From NCBI RefSeq assembly GCF_001194135.2, contig NC_069001.1:28773873-28837872 (forward strand): a DNA stretch of 64,000 nucleotides, given 5' to 3'. Of the stretch, positions 27,190-39,975 are shown in pieces. Source of the stretch: Octopus bimaculoides. Its lineage: Eukaryota. Made by a program: the position numbers and the translations under genes. Under the pieces are notes generated by a model that had not been told where the DNA came from, made no database searches, and worked only from the letters and a program-made list of their open reading frames with translations. Within the stretch, counting starts at the first letter, position 1, and each line of letters starts with the position of its first letter.

Positions 27190-27566
27190 GAATTGGCTGT
27201 GTGGTAAGTTTCTGGCTTACCAACCACATGGTTCAGGGTTCAGTCCCACTGCGTGGCACCTTGAGCAAGTGTCTTTTACTATATCCTCGGGTCAGCCAAA
27301 GCCTTGTGAGTGGATTTGGTAGAGCGAAACTGAAAGAATCCTGTCGTATATATACATATGTGTATGTGTGTTTTGGTGTGTCTGTGTTTGTCCTCACAAC
27401 ATCGCTTGACAACAGATTCTGATGTGTATATGTTCCCGTAACCTAGTGGTTCGGCCAAAGAGACCGATAGAATAAGTACTAGGCTTACAAAGTCCTGGTG
27501 TCGAGTTGTTCGACTAAAGGTGGTGCTCCAGCATGGCCGCAGTCAAATGACAAACGAATAAATAAA
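27190..27566 (+). mobile_element. SINE family A, near full length
   Basis: Head, core, (TG) linker and tail gcatggccgcagtcaaatga all present. Confidence 0.92.
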
Positions 27567-27940
27567 TCCTCTCCCTCCTTTTTTTCTCTGCCTCTCTCTC
27601 TCTCTCTGTCTCTGTCTCTTTCTCCCTCTCTCTCTCTCTGTTCATTTGACTCAATCATCTTTTTCTTGAATGACGGAATGGAGAGATAAATATAGAATGG
27701 GAGACACACATAAGGATAGAGAAAAACATAGAGGGAGCGGATCATGAGGGAAATGATGGTGGATATAAGGAAAACTGAATAATATAATCATCCACAGAAA
27801 TCTTGTATTGCAAATCCCTTCACAATTATCTTTTCATGTAAATCACAATGGATTAAATGTCAGAAAGAATGCAGCATGTGTCTAATTTCAAAATACCTTA
27901 GTGGTCTTTAATTATCTAACAACCTCTATTTATAGGGATC

Positions 27941-27978
27941 TGTTTTTTTATTACCCATGCGGGCTAACATAGAGGGGG
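27941..27978 (-). mobile_element. 38-bp 5'-truncated stub of the B1 tail with a 23-bp target-site duplication
   Basis: AACAACCTCTATTTATAGGGATC at 27918-27940 and 27979-28001. The insert's reverse complement ccccctctatgttagcccgcatgggtaataaaaaaaca matches the B1 3' end. Confidence 0.85.
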
Positions 27979-28519
27979 AACAACCTCTATTTATAGGGAT
28001 CGCTGATGATACATATTTGGCATAAGCAAAAAGGTGCATTTCTTCTCAAAACATTTCTCATTGCTTATCGAGACTGGGCGGAGAAAATTGAAAACAACCA
28101 TATATTATTACAGCGTTTTTGCGGGATATGAGAACGCAGATTTCCAATTAATTCATTCATTCAACGTTAAGTGTAATACTAATTTCTTTCCGCAGCATCG
28201 TAATATACTAAACCGATAAGTGATACTACATTGATGATATGTAAAGGTCATATAGTTAGATGGATTTCAAGGACCAGCTATTCCTGGATGTACTCAGGTC
28301 TTTTACAAAATATGTAGGAGACGCTGTAACTTAACTGAAAGAAACCGCATTCAGAGGAATAGTGTGCTTTGAATATAAATTCTTGTGCGCCATTCTAAAT
28401 ATGTTTATTAATAGATTTCTTTCTGATCAGATAATGTGCGCAAATACGTCGCCACAAACTATGGTTTCTTCTTCCACCCTGAAAACACGCCAGTTTTTAA
28501 ATGATATTTCGATGCGTTA

Positions 28520-28790
28520 AGAAATAACATGACAATTCCTTGTTCAGAGCAGGTAGAATTGACAAACCCACACCATCTCTGGCATCAGTACAAAAACAAT
28601 ATGTCAGAAGGCTATCAGAATCAAGCCAAACTACAGAACGGTGATGTGTACACGGAATTTTTCTCCCCGGCATTTATAATCAAATGTCAGAGCCATATGA
28701 AAATACATTGGTAGCAGAAGAAAATGCTCAAGATTTGCCAAAATTTCTGAATGAAAATGTAACTCACTCTTTGACTAACTATAAACCGAC
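28520..28790 (+). mobile_element. Probable decayed Helitron Rep/Hel coding fragment (Rep-helicase linker)
   Basis: ELTNPHHLWHQYKNNMSEGY resembles the Helitron motif E(L/V)SNPxxLWExYKxxLSED; after a frameshift, KFLNENV resembles the following FVxENxPKL segment. Confidence 0.5.
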
Positions 28791-28980
28791 ATGAAGTAGC
28801 ATCCTGAACAGAAGTGACCATAAAAACTGAGAGGATTTTTCATTGATAAACCTAGTGGCATAACTAAGACATTCCTTAACAACGGCCTGCTTCCAAAAGT
28901 AGGATAAAGTTCGCATTTTACATATGCTGTTGCATTAGTTGGCTTTCTGTGGGGTGTTATAACGGCACACATTTTATATT

Positions 28981-29208
28981 AAGGCGGCGAGCTGGCAGAA
29001 ACGTTAGCACGCCGGGCGAAATGCTTAGCGGTATTTCGTCTGCCATTACGTTCTGAGTTCAAATTCCGCCGAGGTCGACTTTCATCCTTTCGGGGTCGAT
29101 TAAATAAGTACCAGTTACGCACTGGGGGTCGATATAATCGACTTAATCCGTTTGTCTGTCTTTGTGTGTCCCCTCTGTGTGTAGCCCCTTGTGGGTAGTA
29201 AAGACATA
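28981..29208 (+). mobile_element. SINE family B (B1), young full-length copy with TSD
   Basis: Intact head, core and tail; flanking ACACATTTTAT at 28967-28977 and 29209-29219. Confidence 0.95.
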
Positions 29209-29512
29209 ACACATTTTATTTTAGCTGTTGGCTAACCACTATGCGACATGAGACTAGAGAAACATATCACTGGAGTGCAAGCTTCAGCAAAGATTGTAGA
29301 ATATCATTTGAGATAAAGCAACTGTCCAACAAACAAGAAGTTTAAACCTTTACTCGGGCAAAGCTGCATTTGGGAAACTAAATGTATAATAGATCTCAAC
29401 AGTAATCTACGAATAATACCTCAAATGACACGAAATATTCAGAACATGTCTGTTTGAAAACAGTATGTCTAATTCCAATTCCAGAAACTTTGCATTTATA
29501 ACCATATACATT

Positions 29513-29725
29513 ATTTTAGTCTTTTACTTGTTTCAGACATTTGACTCCGGACATGCTGGAGCAGAGTCTTAAAGAGTGTTAGTCGAAGAAATAGACCCTA
29601 GGACTTATTCTTTGTAAGATTAGTATTTATTCCATCCGTCTCTTTTGCCGAAACGCTAATGTTACAGAGGCGTAAACACACCGACATCGGTTGTCAAGAG
29701 ACGATGGGAAGACAAACACAAGCAT

Positions 29726-29772
<47 letters not shown>

Positions 29773-29832
29773 ATATACATAGATATATACATATACGACG
29801 GTATTCTTTCAGTTTCCATCTACCAAATACAC
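29513..29832 (-). mobile_element. SINE family A, 5'-truncated, antisense
   Basis: cttttacttgtttcag.catttgact ... ctttcagtttccatctaccaaat. Confidence 0.85.
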
Positions 29833-30724
29833 TTTTTTCAGCGTACACTACCAAGTATGACATCACCCCTTCCTTTCTCATTAATAAACAAAAGAGTATT
29901 ATTATAGTAGATTATCTCGGTAATCATGGGAGCTATGACAAAATACAAGGTCCAGCATGACCACCAGATCATTCTACACATCTGTGTAATTTTTCGCGCA
30001 ATTCCACCCAGCCGGTTTGACCGTGAATCCCAAGACAAAAAAGAATCACCCATGTCAAATTTATATGTATAGACATATACAATTCTTGATTTGAACGGTG
30101 ACAGGCAAAGCAGACAAAGCTACAGATAATGGTTACAAATGTTGGTACTGTGCAGAAGATTCTTTAATGCGTGGGCTCGATCGTCCACTACATGGACTAC
30201 AGTACTCGAGTTGTTTTTATTTTATCGATGCGGACGAAAGAATTAAAGACAAAGTCGGCCCTGGCCGTATTTGAACTGTAAAACAAACACGGACGAAAAA
30301 CCGCTAAGCATTTACATACGAGTAAAGCGTTACTACGCTATAGCCGAAGTCGAATGATTATAACAGGTAAAAGAAAGTTGTGTAATATAAGACGAAACTA
30401 TTGGCTTTCACAGTGGCCAAATGGTCTCTAACATGTTAATAAATATAAGTTCACCGCGATTTTCAAACCAAATATTAATTTCATATCCTTGAGAAAACGT
30501 AAAAAATTTACAATCATAGATATGAATCACGGATATATTATACTCAAGGTAACTATACATCAGCAATGACAAGGAAATAAAGAAAATGTGATAATAACGC
30601 AGGGAAAACAATTTAGATTCCAGATAGCTGTAAACAATACTCAAAAAAATTTAAAGGACGAAAACATAATCTGCGAAGTTACTAATTAGGAATATGTAGA
30701 ACTTACGCACGAAGCAACATTTGC

Positions 30725-30777
<53 letters not shown>

Positions 30778-30892
30778 NNNNNNNNNNNNNNNNNNNNNNN
30801 NNNNNNNNNNNNNNNNNNNNNNNNNNNNNNNNNNNNNNATATATATGATAATGTATATATATATATTCATATATATATATTCATATACATGT

Positions 30893-30937
<45 letters not shown>

Positions 30938-31461
30938 CATACACATATACATATAAACATATATGCCCATATATATATATATGTATATATATATATACCC
31001 ATATACATATGTATATATACGCACACACATATATATGTATACATGATTTTACTTCTATATAGAAACGTATATACATAAGTATGTATATATATATATAATA
31101 TATAACTCGTGTGTGTGTGTGTGTGCGCGCGCGCGCGCGCATGAGACAGTACTTTCAAATGATACATGTGAAGAACGTATCTGCTGAGCTAAGAAAATTA
31201 GATTCCCTCCTTTTACATTCATAATTTTTAATATATTTTATCCTGCTTTGTCTCTTTAATTCGTCTGCAATTTTTTTTTCTTTTGTACATTTCATGACGC
31301 TAATAATATGTTCTAATTTGAAGTCTTCACATCATGATGTGTCCCCAGATTATTATTGAAAAATTCTAATCAACTACCACAGAAATAATGTCACTATATT
31401 CTAATTAACTTGCTATGCTTCTTATTTTCCCCCAGTCCCTAATGCATATGTTTTACACATG

Positions 31462-31525
<64 letters not shown>

Positions 31526-32519
31526 GGATCTGTGTATGTATGTATGTATAAATAAGCATTCAAAATCATGTGTATATATATATATATATATATATGCGTA
31601 TAAATACCAATATGCATACGAACAAAGATATGTGTAAATATACAATTCATGTTCGTACATAATCAGTTACATGCGCACACTCAGACACATGCAGCTATAT
31701 ATCTATGTGTGTTTGTGGGTATGTATGTCTGCATATGTATGTATATATATATATATATATGTATATATGAACAAAAGAAATATACATATTTGTATACTTG
31801 CATATATGACTGTATGTCTGCTAGTACGTATTGTGTTATATATATATATATATATATATATCGCGGATGTTGATATGGATTTTTAAAAATGAATATAGAA
31901 TTTTTTTCTCAAGTGAAGATGCCATGCTAATAGTACAATCAAACTTATTAGACATTTCGATTGGTAGATCAATTTTCAGTTGACATCTTATCTAAATACA
32001 CACTTACACGCGCACACTCAGAGACATACACACACATACACACGCGCGTGCGCATATGTACGTAATATACGTGCAGAAATCTTCTGACAAGACGTTAGTC
32101 AACTCATGTTTAAGGTCGAAGACACTTGACGATGCTGTTATGCAGTTGGATCGAATCCATAATACCGTATTTGCAAACTTATTAACCAACAAACCATTAC
32201 TATGCCTATAAAAATCGTACACACACACACATAAACACACACACACACACTCACACACACACCTCAGTGCTCGAATGGTATTTATTTTATTGACACTGAT
32301 GTGATTAAAGGCAAAGTTGAAGATGTCACTTTTTGAAATAAGAGCACAAAGTGCCGGTAAAAATGTTGCTTATCCCTTTTTCCGGCTCTTTAATGACTCT
32401 GCCATCTCAAGGCCTTATCAATCTGAAATAACAAATAACAAAAAAAAAACATATTAGATGGCATACATTTTTCTATTATTATATAACGTGTTTTGAAAGG
32501 GACATATTTCTGTAAACAG

Positions 32520-32890
32520 GTGCAAGCCTGGTTTTGTGCTTAGAAGGTTGCTTCCCAAACACATGGTTCCAGGTTCAGTCCCACTGTGTAACATCTTGAG
32601 CAAGTGTCATCTATTATAGTCTCGGGCCGACCTAAGCGTGGTGAGTGGATATGGTAGACGGAAACTCTTGTGTATATATGTTTGTGTGTGTGTATGTGTG
32701 CGCGCGCGCTCGTGTGTGTATATGTGAGTATGTGTGTGCCCCACAACTGATTCACAACCAACACTGGTGTGTTTACGTGCCAATAACTTAACAAAATATA
32801 AGTAGTTGGGGTGTCGATTCATTGAAGTTGTTTAAGTTGGTGCCCCAGCATGGCCTCTGTCTTATGACTACTTCAAGTAAAAGAATAAAG
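32520..32890 (+). mobile_element. SINE family A, diverged
   Basis: acatggttccaggttcagtcccactg..tcttgagcaagtgtc ... ggtgccccagcatggcc. Confidence 0.85.
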
Positions 32891-34054
32891 ATAAACTCAT
32901 AACGAAGGACAGGTTTTGTAACGCATTTTTTGTAACGTCTGTGGTCTGAGGATATAAATTCGTTTGCTTAGCCTAGCCGTAGGTGTTACTGTCTCAAAAG
33001 ATAGATGTCTTAATGTTAACAAATTCCGAGGCTTATTCAATAATATTGTATAAGTTGTAAAGCTGCTATATTTCTATGCAATATAGAATTAGTGTCTACT
33101 GGATCACTGTGTTCATAGAGTGGCGTTTTAAATGAATAATTACTCTCTTTTACTGTGTTTGTTGTGTTTATTTTTAAAACTCCAAATATACTTAGCCATT
33201 GATAGTATTCTGAAAACTGAAAATGGAATCCAAATTACATATATGGGCTTTTAATTGACCAGATTGTTAAACCAATATTCATTCTGACATCACATGAAAA
33301 GCATTGCGTTCGGTAACGCAATGCACTATGAATGCATTTATCATTGAAAAGACAAGATATATTGACGTAACAACTACACTAAGGTATTCACAAATATGTG
33401 TATTCGTGTCTGTGTAAACATGGCTTCCTCATATTTGATATCACTGTAGCGAAAATTTTCAGTGCAGCATCAAGTAGATTCTAACCCATTATTTAAAGAG
33501 TTAGTAAATTTTATATATTTAAACCGTGGGCGTATTTGTATTGTATTGATAATGGAAATTGTTTTAAAAGATAATTCTCTTGTGCTTTCCATTATAAATT
33601 TTCTTTAAATTCACTGTCAGCTAAAGACTAATTTTGGAGTTAATATAGCATCGCTTAATTGCACTTCATTAAATTCAACGATGGAAATCGTTATAGTAAT
33701 CTTATTGACTATAATATATCTTGATTACGGATGGATACTTATACAGCTTATTTGTATGCAAGGGCTTTGTATTGAATTAGTGAGACTAATAAAATGCACC
33801 TTATATATTAACGATCTAATCAGCCTCCCATTATCGGAGAGAATCTAGTCGGTAACATTAGTAAACGATTGAATAGTCATTTAATAGTACCTCGCAGTGT
33901 AACGTTGATTCGTTTGAAGAGATTCTGATTAAAACACAATCCATGTAAGGTACAAATAATATGAACGCAATTAGAAAAAGATAGAATTCGTCTGTTTCGG
34001 AGCATATTCCAGTCGCTATATTAGAAATGTCTACATACAGCTTGCTTTCCAACC

Positions 34055-34390
34055 ACCTTCAGACAGTATCTTCTACTACAGCCACGACCTGACCAAAGCC
34101 TTATGAGTGGATTTAATAGAGTCTGAAAGAAGCTCGTCGTATATACGTATATGTGGGTGGGTGGGTGTGTGTTTGTATTTGCGTCAGTGTTTGTTCCCTA
34201 CCACCACGTGATATCCGGTGTTGGTGTGTTTACGTACCCGAAAATTAGCGGTTCGGCAAGCACCGATAGAATAGGCACCAAGCTTTAAAATAGTCTTGAT
34301 GTCGATTCATTCGACCCAAATTTCTTCAGGACAGTGTCCCAGCACCCAGCATGCCCTTAGTCTAGTTACTGAAATGTGTAAAAAATAAAA
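34055..34390 (+). mobile_element. SINE family A, core and tail
   Basis: cttctactacagcc..gaccaaagccttatgagtggattt ... ttagcggttcggcaag. Confidence 0.8.
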
Positions 34391-35566
34391 GCTACAGACA
34401 AATAAATGACGGCACACACACGTGAACACTAAAATAGCCATATATTGAAATTTAAACAACATTTCGAATACTAAGAAGCTCTTTCAGATCCATAATACAT
34501 AGAATCTTAACTCCTGCGAATACTACCACGATATAAATAAGAATACTGTAAATATAGCTACAATGACAACAGCAAAAGAGCTGATTACAAAACAGAAAAA
34601 TAAACGCGAATACAATCATAAACGCAACATGGCCACCATTATCTCTCTAACACTATTACATGTCACCTAAGTGGAACTTGATCATGTAGATGTACACTAT
34701 ATTATGTTTTCGCCAATTCAGAAGCTGGTGTACACAAGCATGTCCTTAAGAAAATAGAAACACTACGGCATTTACTAAATTAACGCAGTGATATCATGAT
34801 CTTTTATTAATTTGCGTCAGTCATTGGATTAGGGCCATACATAGGCGCCACCTTGAAAGGTTTTAGTCGCACGAATGGACCACACAGCTTTTATATATAT
34901 ATATATNNNNNNNNNNNNNNNNNNNNNNNNNNNNNNNNNNNNNNNNNNNNNNNNNNNNNNNNNNNNNNNNNNNNNNNNNNNNNNNNNNNNNNNNNNNNNN
35001 NNNNNNNNNNNNNNNNNNNNNNNNNNNNNNNNNNATGTTTTATTTATATTCCTGCAGAACTAATGTGGGGTATAGAATATGGAATATACAATATATAATA
35101 TGATATACAATATAAAATAAAATAAAATAAATATGGATGGCACCATGAAAGAAAGTATTGAATGTAGATGAAATATTGAGTGTTCAATATAAAGGATCAA
35201 ATATATAAATATATATATATATATATCTTCGAAACGCCGGTGTTAAAACGGGGGTAGCTGATGAAGAAGAATGTTCTCTATGTGGCTTGTGTGTTTTCAC
35301 GTCTACGTTTTGTTTGCAATGTCCTGTACCCAGATATGCACCTATACATACAGGTGGATGTCGGTATGCACATACCTGTACGTAAACTGATAATTTAATG
35401 GAACGTAAACAGACCAACACTAGTTGTCAAGTTCTTATGGAGGACCAAATCAAGGACTCATACATACACACACACACCCGCACACACACATACAAAATAA
35501 ATACAGATGTGTGTGCGTGTGCTCGCACGCCTGTGTGTGCGTGTGCTCGCACGCCTCTGTGTGTGT

Positions 35567-35615
<49 letters not shown>

Positions 35616-36002
35616 ATTGCTTTCAGTTTCAGTCTATCAAATCTACTCACAAGGCATTGCCCAACCCGGGTTGTAGTATAAATTGCTTCTTCAAGTTGCC
35701 ATGCAATAGCACTTATTTCGAAACCGTGTATTTGGAATGCAAACTTCTTACCGTACATCCATGCCTGCATATAGACAGAATTGAAGATATTTTCTTTAAT
35801 AAGTCGATGACATTGCCAAGGTGTACAGCAACAAATCCAGCAGATATCAACTCAGCAAAGGATAGATAATGATGTCCCTGAGATAGGTTTTCCTATAATG
35901 AAATGCAATATAAGAACTGTTTTGAAAACGTTGACATGCGCCTACACATCTTTACTGCAGACATGCTAAAACACCAGATTTACACGCACGCACGCACAAG
36001 CA

Positions 36003-36049
<47 letters not shown>

Positions 36050-36253
36050 CTANNNNNNNNNNNNNNNNNNNNNNNNNNNNNNNNNNNNNNNNNNNNNNNN
36101 NNNNNNNNNNNNNNNNNNNNNNNNNNNNNNNNNNNNNNNNNNNNNNNNNNNNNNNNNNNNNNNNNNNNNNNNNNNNNNNNNNNNNNNNNNNNNNNNNNNN
36201 NNNNNNNNNNNNNNNNNNNNNNNNNNNNNNNNNNNNNNNNNNNNNNNNNNNNN

Positions 36254-36290
<37 letters not shown>

Positions 36291-36296
36291 TCGCAA

Positions 36297-36327
<31 letters not shown>

Positions 36328-37485
36328 GTATGCCTGTATGTTTGTATTGAAGACAAATCGGAAAACCAATAATATTCCACACAATCCAAACGTAAAATTT
36401 TACAAAGTCATCACATCATAATATCTGCTACTAAAAGAGGAAAGAACAAAATCATGATAGCATTTATCCTCTATAATATTTTCCTTTGTCATTTTTATAA
36501 TTTCATTTTTACAATGGCACAATACACACATACTCTCTCAAATACATACAGATGCACACAATCACACGTACATGAGTGTGTGTGTGTGTGTTTAGGTATA
36601 GATACACGCGTGCATATGTATATATTAATGAAAATATACAAAACTTATACTCATGGATGCCTATGTGTGCGTGTGCAATTAACATCGGTGTATACGTTTG
36701 TGCGTTTATGAATATGTAAATATAAGTATATACTGGTATACATATTCATTTTTCATGCGTTGAAGCCGATTCAAAAGGAATATGCTTGTCCCTGCCGTAT
36801 ATAGTTTCGGAGAACATTACCATCTGTCGCGAACAATCATCATCTGAAAGAAGACATTTTCCGAAAATGAAATGCAACAACAATTAACATATTCACTCTA
36901 AAATCTCCCAGAATGTATTATAAATTAATGCGTATGTCTTAGTTTCGATTCTCTCTGTCCTTCGTGCACAGGAACATTTGCCATACATATATAGTTATAG
37001 AAATATATAAAAACAACTCGAAAAAGTACAGATAAATTGCTTATTCAATTTCCATATATATAAGTTTATGCTTGTAAAGGAAATTTCTATGTCCTTTCGA
37101 TCTTTTATTCCATGGAGGTACAGCTGTACAACTGTACAGGTATATTTCTGTTATATAGATAAGGACTTACATACTTGAAGAAATTTAATGGCATTCGCGA
37201 ACCTCAGAGCAGCAAGACTGTACAACAATTGTAAAACGATATATATTTTCATTCTACAACTATAGTTATTATTACACCCTCTTCTTTGCAAACAAAAGTG
37301 TATACTGATATATATATATATTGTGTGTATATGTTTAATGTATACAAATAACATGGAAAAATTTTTTTAAATAATTTGCAGGGTAGCAAAAATTCATTTA
37401 AGTGCGAAGGATGTAACAGCCTACTTATAAAGGTAGAACATCCGGGGTTTAGTGAAATGTTTTCAATGACATATTTAAATAAATA

Positions 37486-37813
37486 AATGGAGTTAAACGC
37501 AAGTGCTATTCAAATCTTTATACTTCCGGAATATGTTTCGAAGGAAATATTGGTATTATTCCAGAAGGAATAAAATGATATAAAACAATGCAATCTTCTC
37601 ATCAGAGAAAAAGAAAGAAACAAAACGCATCAATAAGAAATTTTAGCAGAATGTTAAAACGTCTTATTCATACGTTTTCTTCACTTTTTCTCCCTGATGA
37701 GAAGATTGAATTGTTTCAGATCATGCTATTCCTTCTGGAATAATACCAATGTTTTCTTCGAAACAAATGTCGGAAGTATAAATATTTGAATAACACCTGC
37801 GTTTAACTTCATT
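37486..37813. repeat. ~330-bp fold-back element (arms ~142 bp, ~85% identical), each arm carrying a hammerhead motif; probably an inverted Penelope-type terminal repeat
   Basis: 37486-37627 is the reverse complement of 37673-37813 with about 21 mismatches by hand count; the spacer is itself partly self-complementary. Confidence 0.85.
37689..37776 (+). ncRNA. Candidate type I hammerhead ribozyme with a complete catalytic core
   Basis: TCC-CTGATGA-GAAGA[49 nt]TCTTC-GAAA-CAAATG-TC-GGA. Helix I TCC/GGA, helix II GAAGA/TCTTC, short quasi-palindromic helix III ACAAATGT, GUC triplet ending at C37771. Confidence 0.65.
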
Positions 37814-37861
37814 CATATATATATACATATATATGTGTGTATGTGTTTGTGCGTGTGTCTG

Positions 37862-38074
37862 TCTGTCTGCGTTTGTATTTCTTCATCGCTTGACAACCGA
37901 TGGAAGATTGATATTGTTGGTGTGCGTACATCCCCGTAACTTAGCAGTCCACCAAAACGGAATGATAGAATAAGTACTAGGCTTACAAAGTATAAGTCCT
38001 GAGGTCGATTCGTTCGGCTAAATGCAGTGCTCCAACAAGGCCGCAGTCAAATGCCTGAAACAAGTAAAAGAAAA

Positions 38075-38075
<1 letters not shown>
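37862..38075 (+). mobile_element. SINE family A tail (5'-truncated)
   Basis: catcgcttgacaaccgatg ... ggccgcagtcaaatgcctgaaacaagtaaaag. Confidence 0.85.
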
Positions 38076-38129
<54 letters not shown>

Positions 38130-38149
38130 GTGTGTGTGTGTGTGTAATG

Positions 38150-38335
38150 AATCCAAAAAGACGAAGAAAAAACACAAAGCAAAAACAACAACACGAGGAC
38201 GTGGTACATGCAAAGTATCAAGAGACGCTCATGGAAGGAAAGGAAGGGTGTTTTTAGGATTCGAGCAAATCTCTTCTTCAGAAACAGGAGACAGAGGAAA
38301 GTCCACGAGAAACGGAAGACGGAGGAAAAGAATCG
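38150..38335 (-). mobile_element. Penelope-type terminal-repeat fragment, related to 56880-57060
   Basis: Shares aacaacaac(a/g)cgaggacgtgg, gacgctca.gaagga and ctcttc(t/a)tcagaaa with the inverted copy at 56880-57060; degenerate HHR core at 38250-38285. Confidence 0.6.
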
Positions 38336-38377
38336 CCAACATTCCACATCTAGTTACATACGTATATTGTGCGTGTA

Positions 38378-38681
38378 TAGGCGCAGGAGTGGCTGTGTGG
38401 TAAGTAGCTTGCTTACCAACCACATGGTTCCGGGTTCAGTCCCACTGCGTGGCACCTTGTGCGAGTGTCTTCTACTATAGTCTCGGGCCGACCAAAGCCT
38501 TGTGAGTGGATTTGGTAGACGGAAACTGAAAAAAGCCCGTCGTATATATGTATGTGTTTGTGTGTCTGTGTTTGTCCCCCCGACATCGCTTGACAACCGA
38601 TGGTGGTGTGTTTACGTCCCCGTAACTTAGCGGTTCGGCATAAGGGACCAATAGAATAAGTACTAGGCTTCTAAAGAATAA
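38378..38681 (+). mobile_element. SINE family A, youngest-looking copy (3' end lost in gap)
   Basis: taggcgcaggagtggctgtgtggtaagtagcttgcttaccaaccacatggttccgggttcagtccc; A box TGGCTGTGTGG and B box GGTTCAGTCCC. Confidence 0.95.
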
Positions 38682-38857
38682 NNNNNNNNNNNNNNNNNNN
38701 NNNNNNNNNNNNNNNNNNNNNNNNNNNNNNNNNNNNNNNNNNNNNNNNNNNNNNNNNNNNNNNNNNNNNNNNNNNNNNNNNNNNNNNNNNNNNNNNNNNN
38801 NNNNNNNNNNNNNNNNNNNNNNNNNNNNNNNNNNNNNNNNNNNNNNNNNNNNNNNNN

Positions 38858-38908
<51 letters not shown>

Positions 38909-39239
38909 ATACGTATATATCTATGTACATGTGTATACATATGTGTGTGTGCGCGTGTGCGTGTTATTCCTCCCTGCGCCATTTCTGAACAATTTAAGAC
39001 TACTTGAGTGAAATTAATCTCGGTCTGTTGTAGTGTGATTAATATTCCTCGTTTTTTTGTTTTTTTTTTTCTATAAATGTATTCGGATGAATATACATTG
39101 ATAACAAACAACTGAGATAAGCAAAAACGACGTCAATGCAAATTTATCTTATTTCAAAGCAAATATTTTTTTCTTTCAACTTCTGATTTTGGCGATTATA
39201 GTCATTATTTTGAAGTACTATTACGACAAACAGTGTGAG

Positions 39240-39975
39240 GATAATCGTATTCATGATGATGATGATATTGAGGAGGAGGAGGAGGAGAACGAAAAGCAGA
39301 ATGGTGGTGATGATGATTATGATCGTCATCATCATCATCATCGATGACGGTGATGAAGATAGGGGTTTTTGGGAGGATGGGGAAAAATTATAACGGTTTG
39401 TGATTGTGATGAATAGGCAAGGAAGAAATGAATAAAATTGACGAAGTAGAAATAGAAGATAAAAAGATAAAAATATAATAGTAGTAGTAGTAGATGTAGT
39501 AGAAGTAGATGTAGTAGAAGTAGTAGATGTAGTAGTAGCAGCAGTAGTAATAGTAGATGTAGTAGTAGCAGCAGTAGTAATAGTAGATGTAGTAGTAGCA
39601 GCAGTAGTAATAGTAGTAGTAGTAGCATCAGTAGTAGTAGTGATAGTAGTGGCAGCTTTGGTAGAGCTGAAGTTGATACTATTTGAATTAGTATCATCAT
39701 CATCAGCAGCAGCAGCACCTTTCTCCGCCTACCCCCCTTATAGTGTTAACCGTCGCCATCGTAGTAGTCTCCGCCGACGTTGTCAACTTCTTCACTTTCA
39801 TTATTATTAACCACCAGCACAACTCCATCACCAACCGAATCCATAGCAGTAGCAGGAGCGGCCGCAGCAACAGCAACGACAGTAGTAGTAGTAGTAGTAG
39901 TGGTAGATGGGGGACGAGGAAAAAGAAAATTAAAAAAGAAAGGTAACAACCATGATGTAGAAGAAGAAGAATGAC
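39240..39975. repeat. Compound trinucleotide low-complexity block (GAT, GAG, CAT, TAG, CAG), including a 30-bp unit x3 at 39521-39610
   Basis: Direct inspection; accounts for the poly-L, poly-S and poly-V ORFs. Confidence 0.95.

Noticed and set aside
28981-29070. tRNA-like A and B boxes as tRNA genes
   Set aside because: They continue into SINE cores and tails and do not form a full cloverleaf; these are SINE heads.
31108-31142. (GT)n(GC)n tracts with Z-DNA potential (also near 11688-11712)
   Set aside because: Ubiquitous in this genome type; nothing marks these out as functional.
39240-39975. GC-richer block with several overlapping ORFs
   Set aside because: Trinucleotide low-complexity sequence; no splice sites or domain content support a nested gene.
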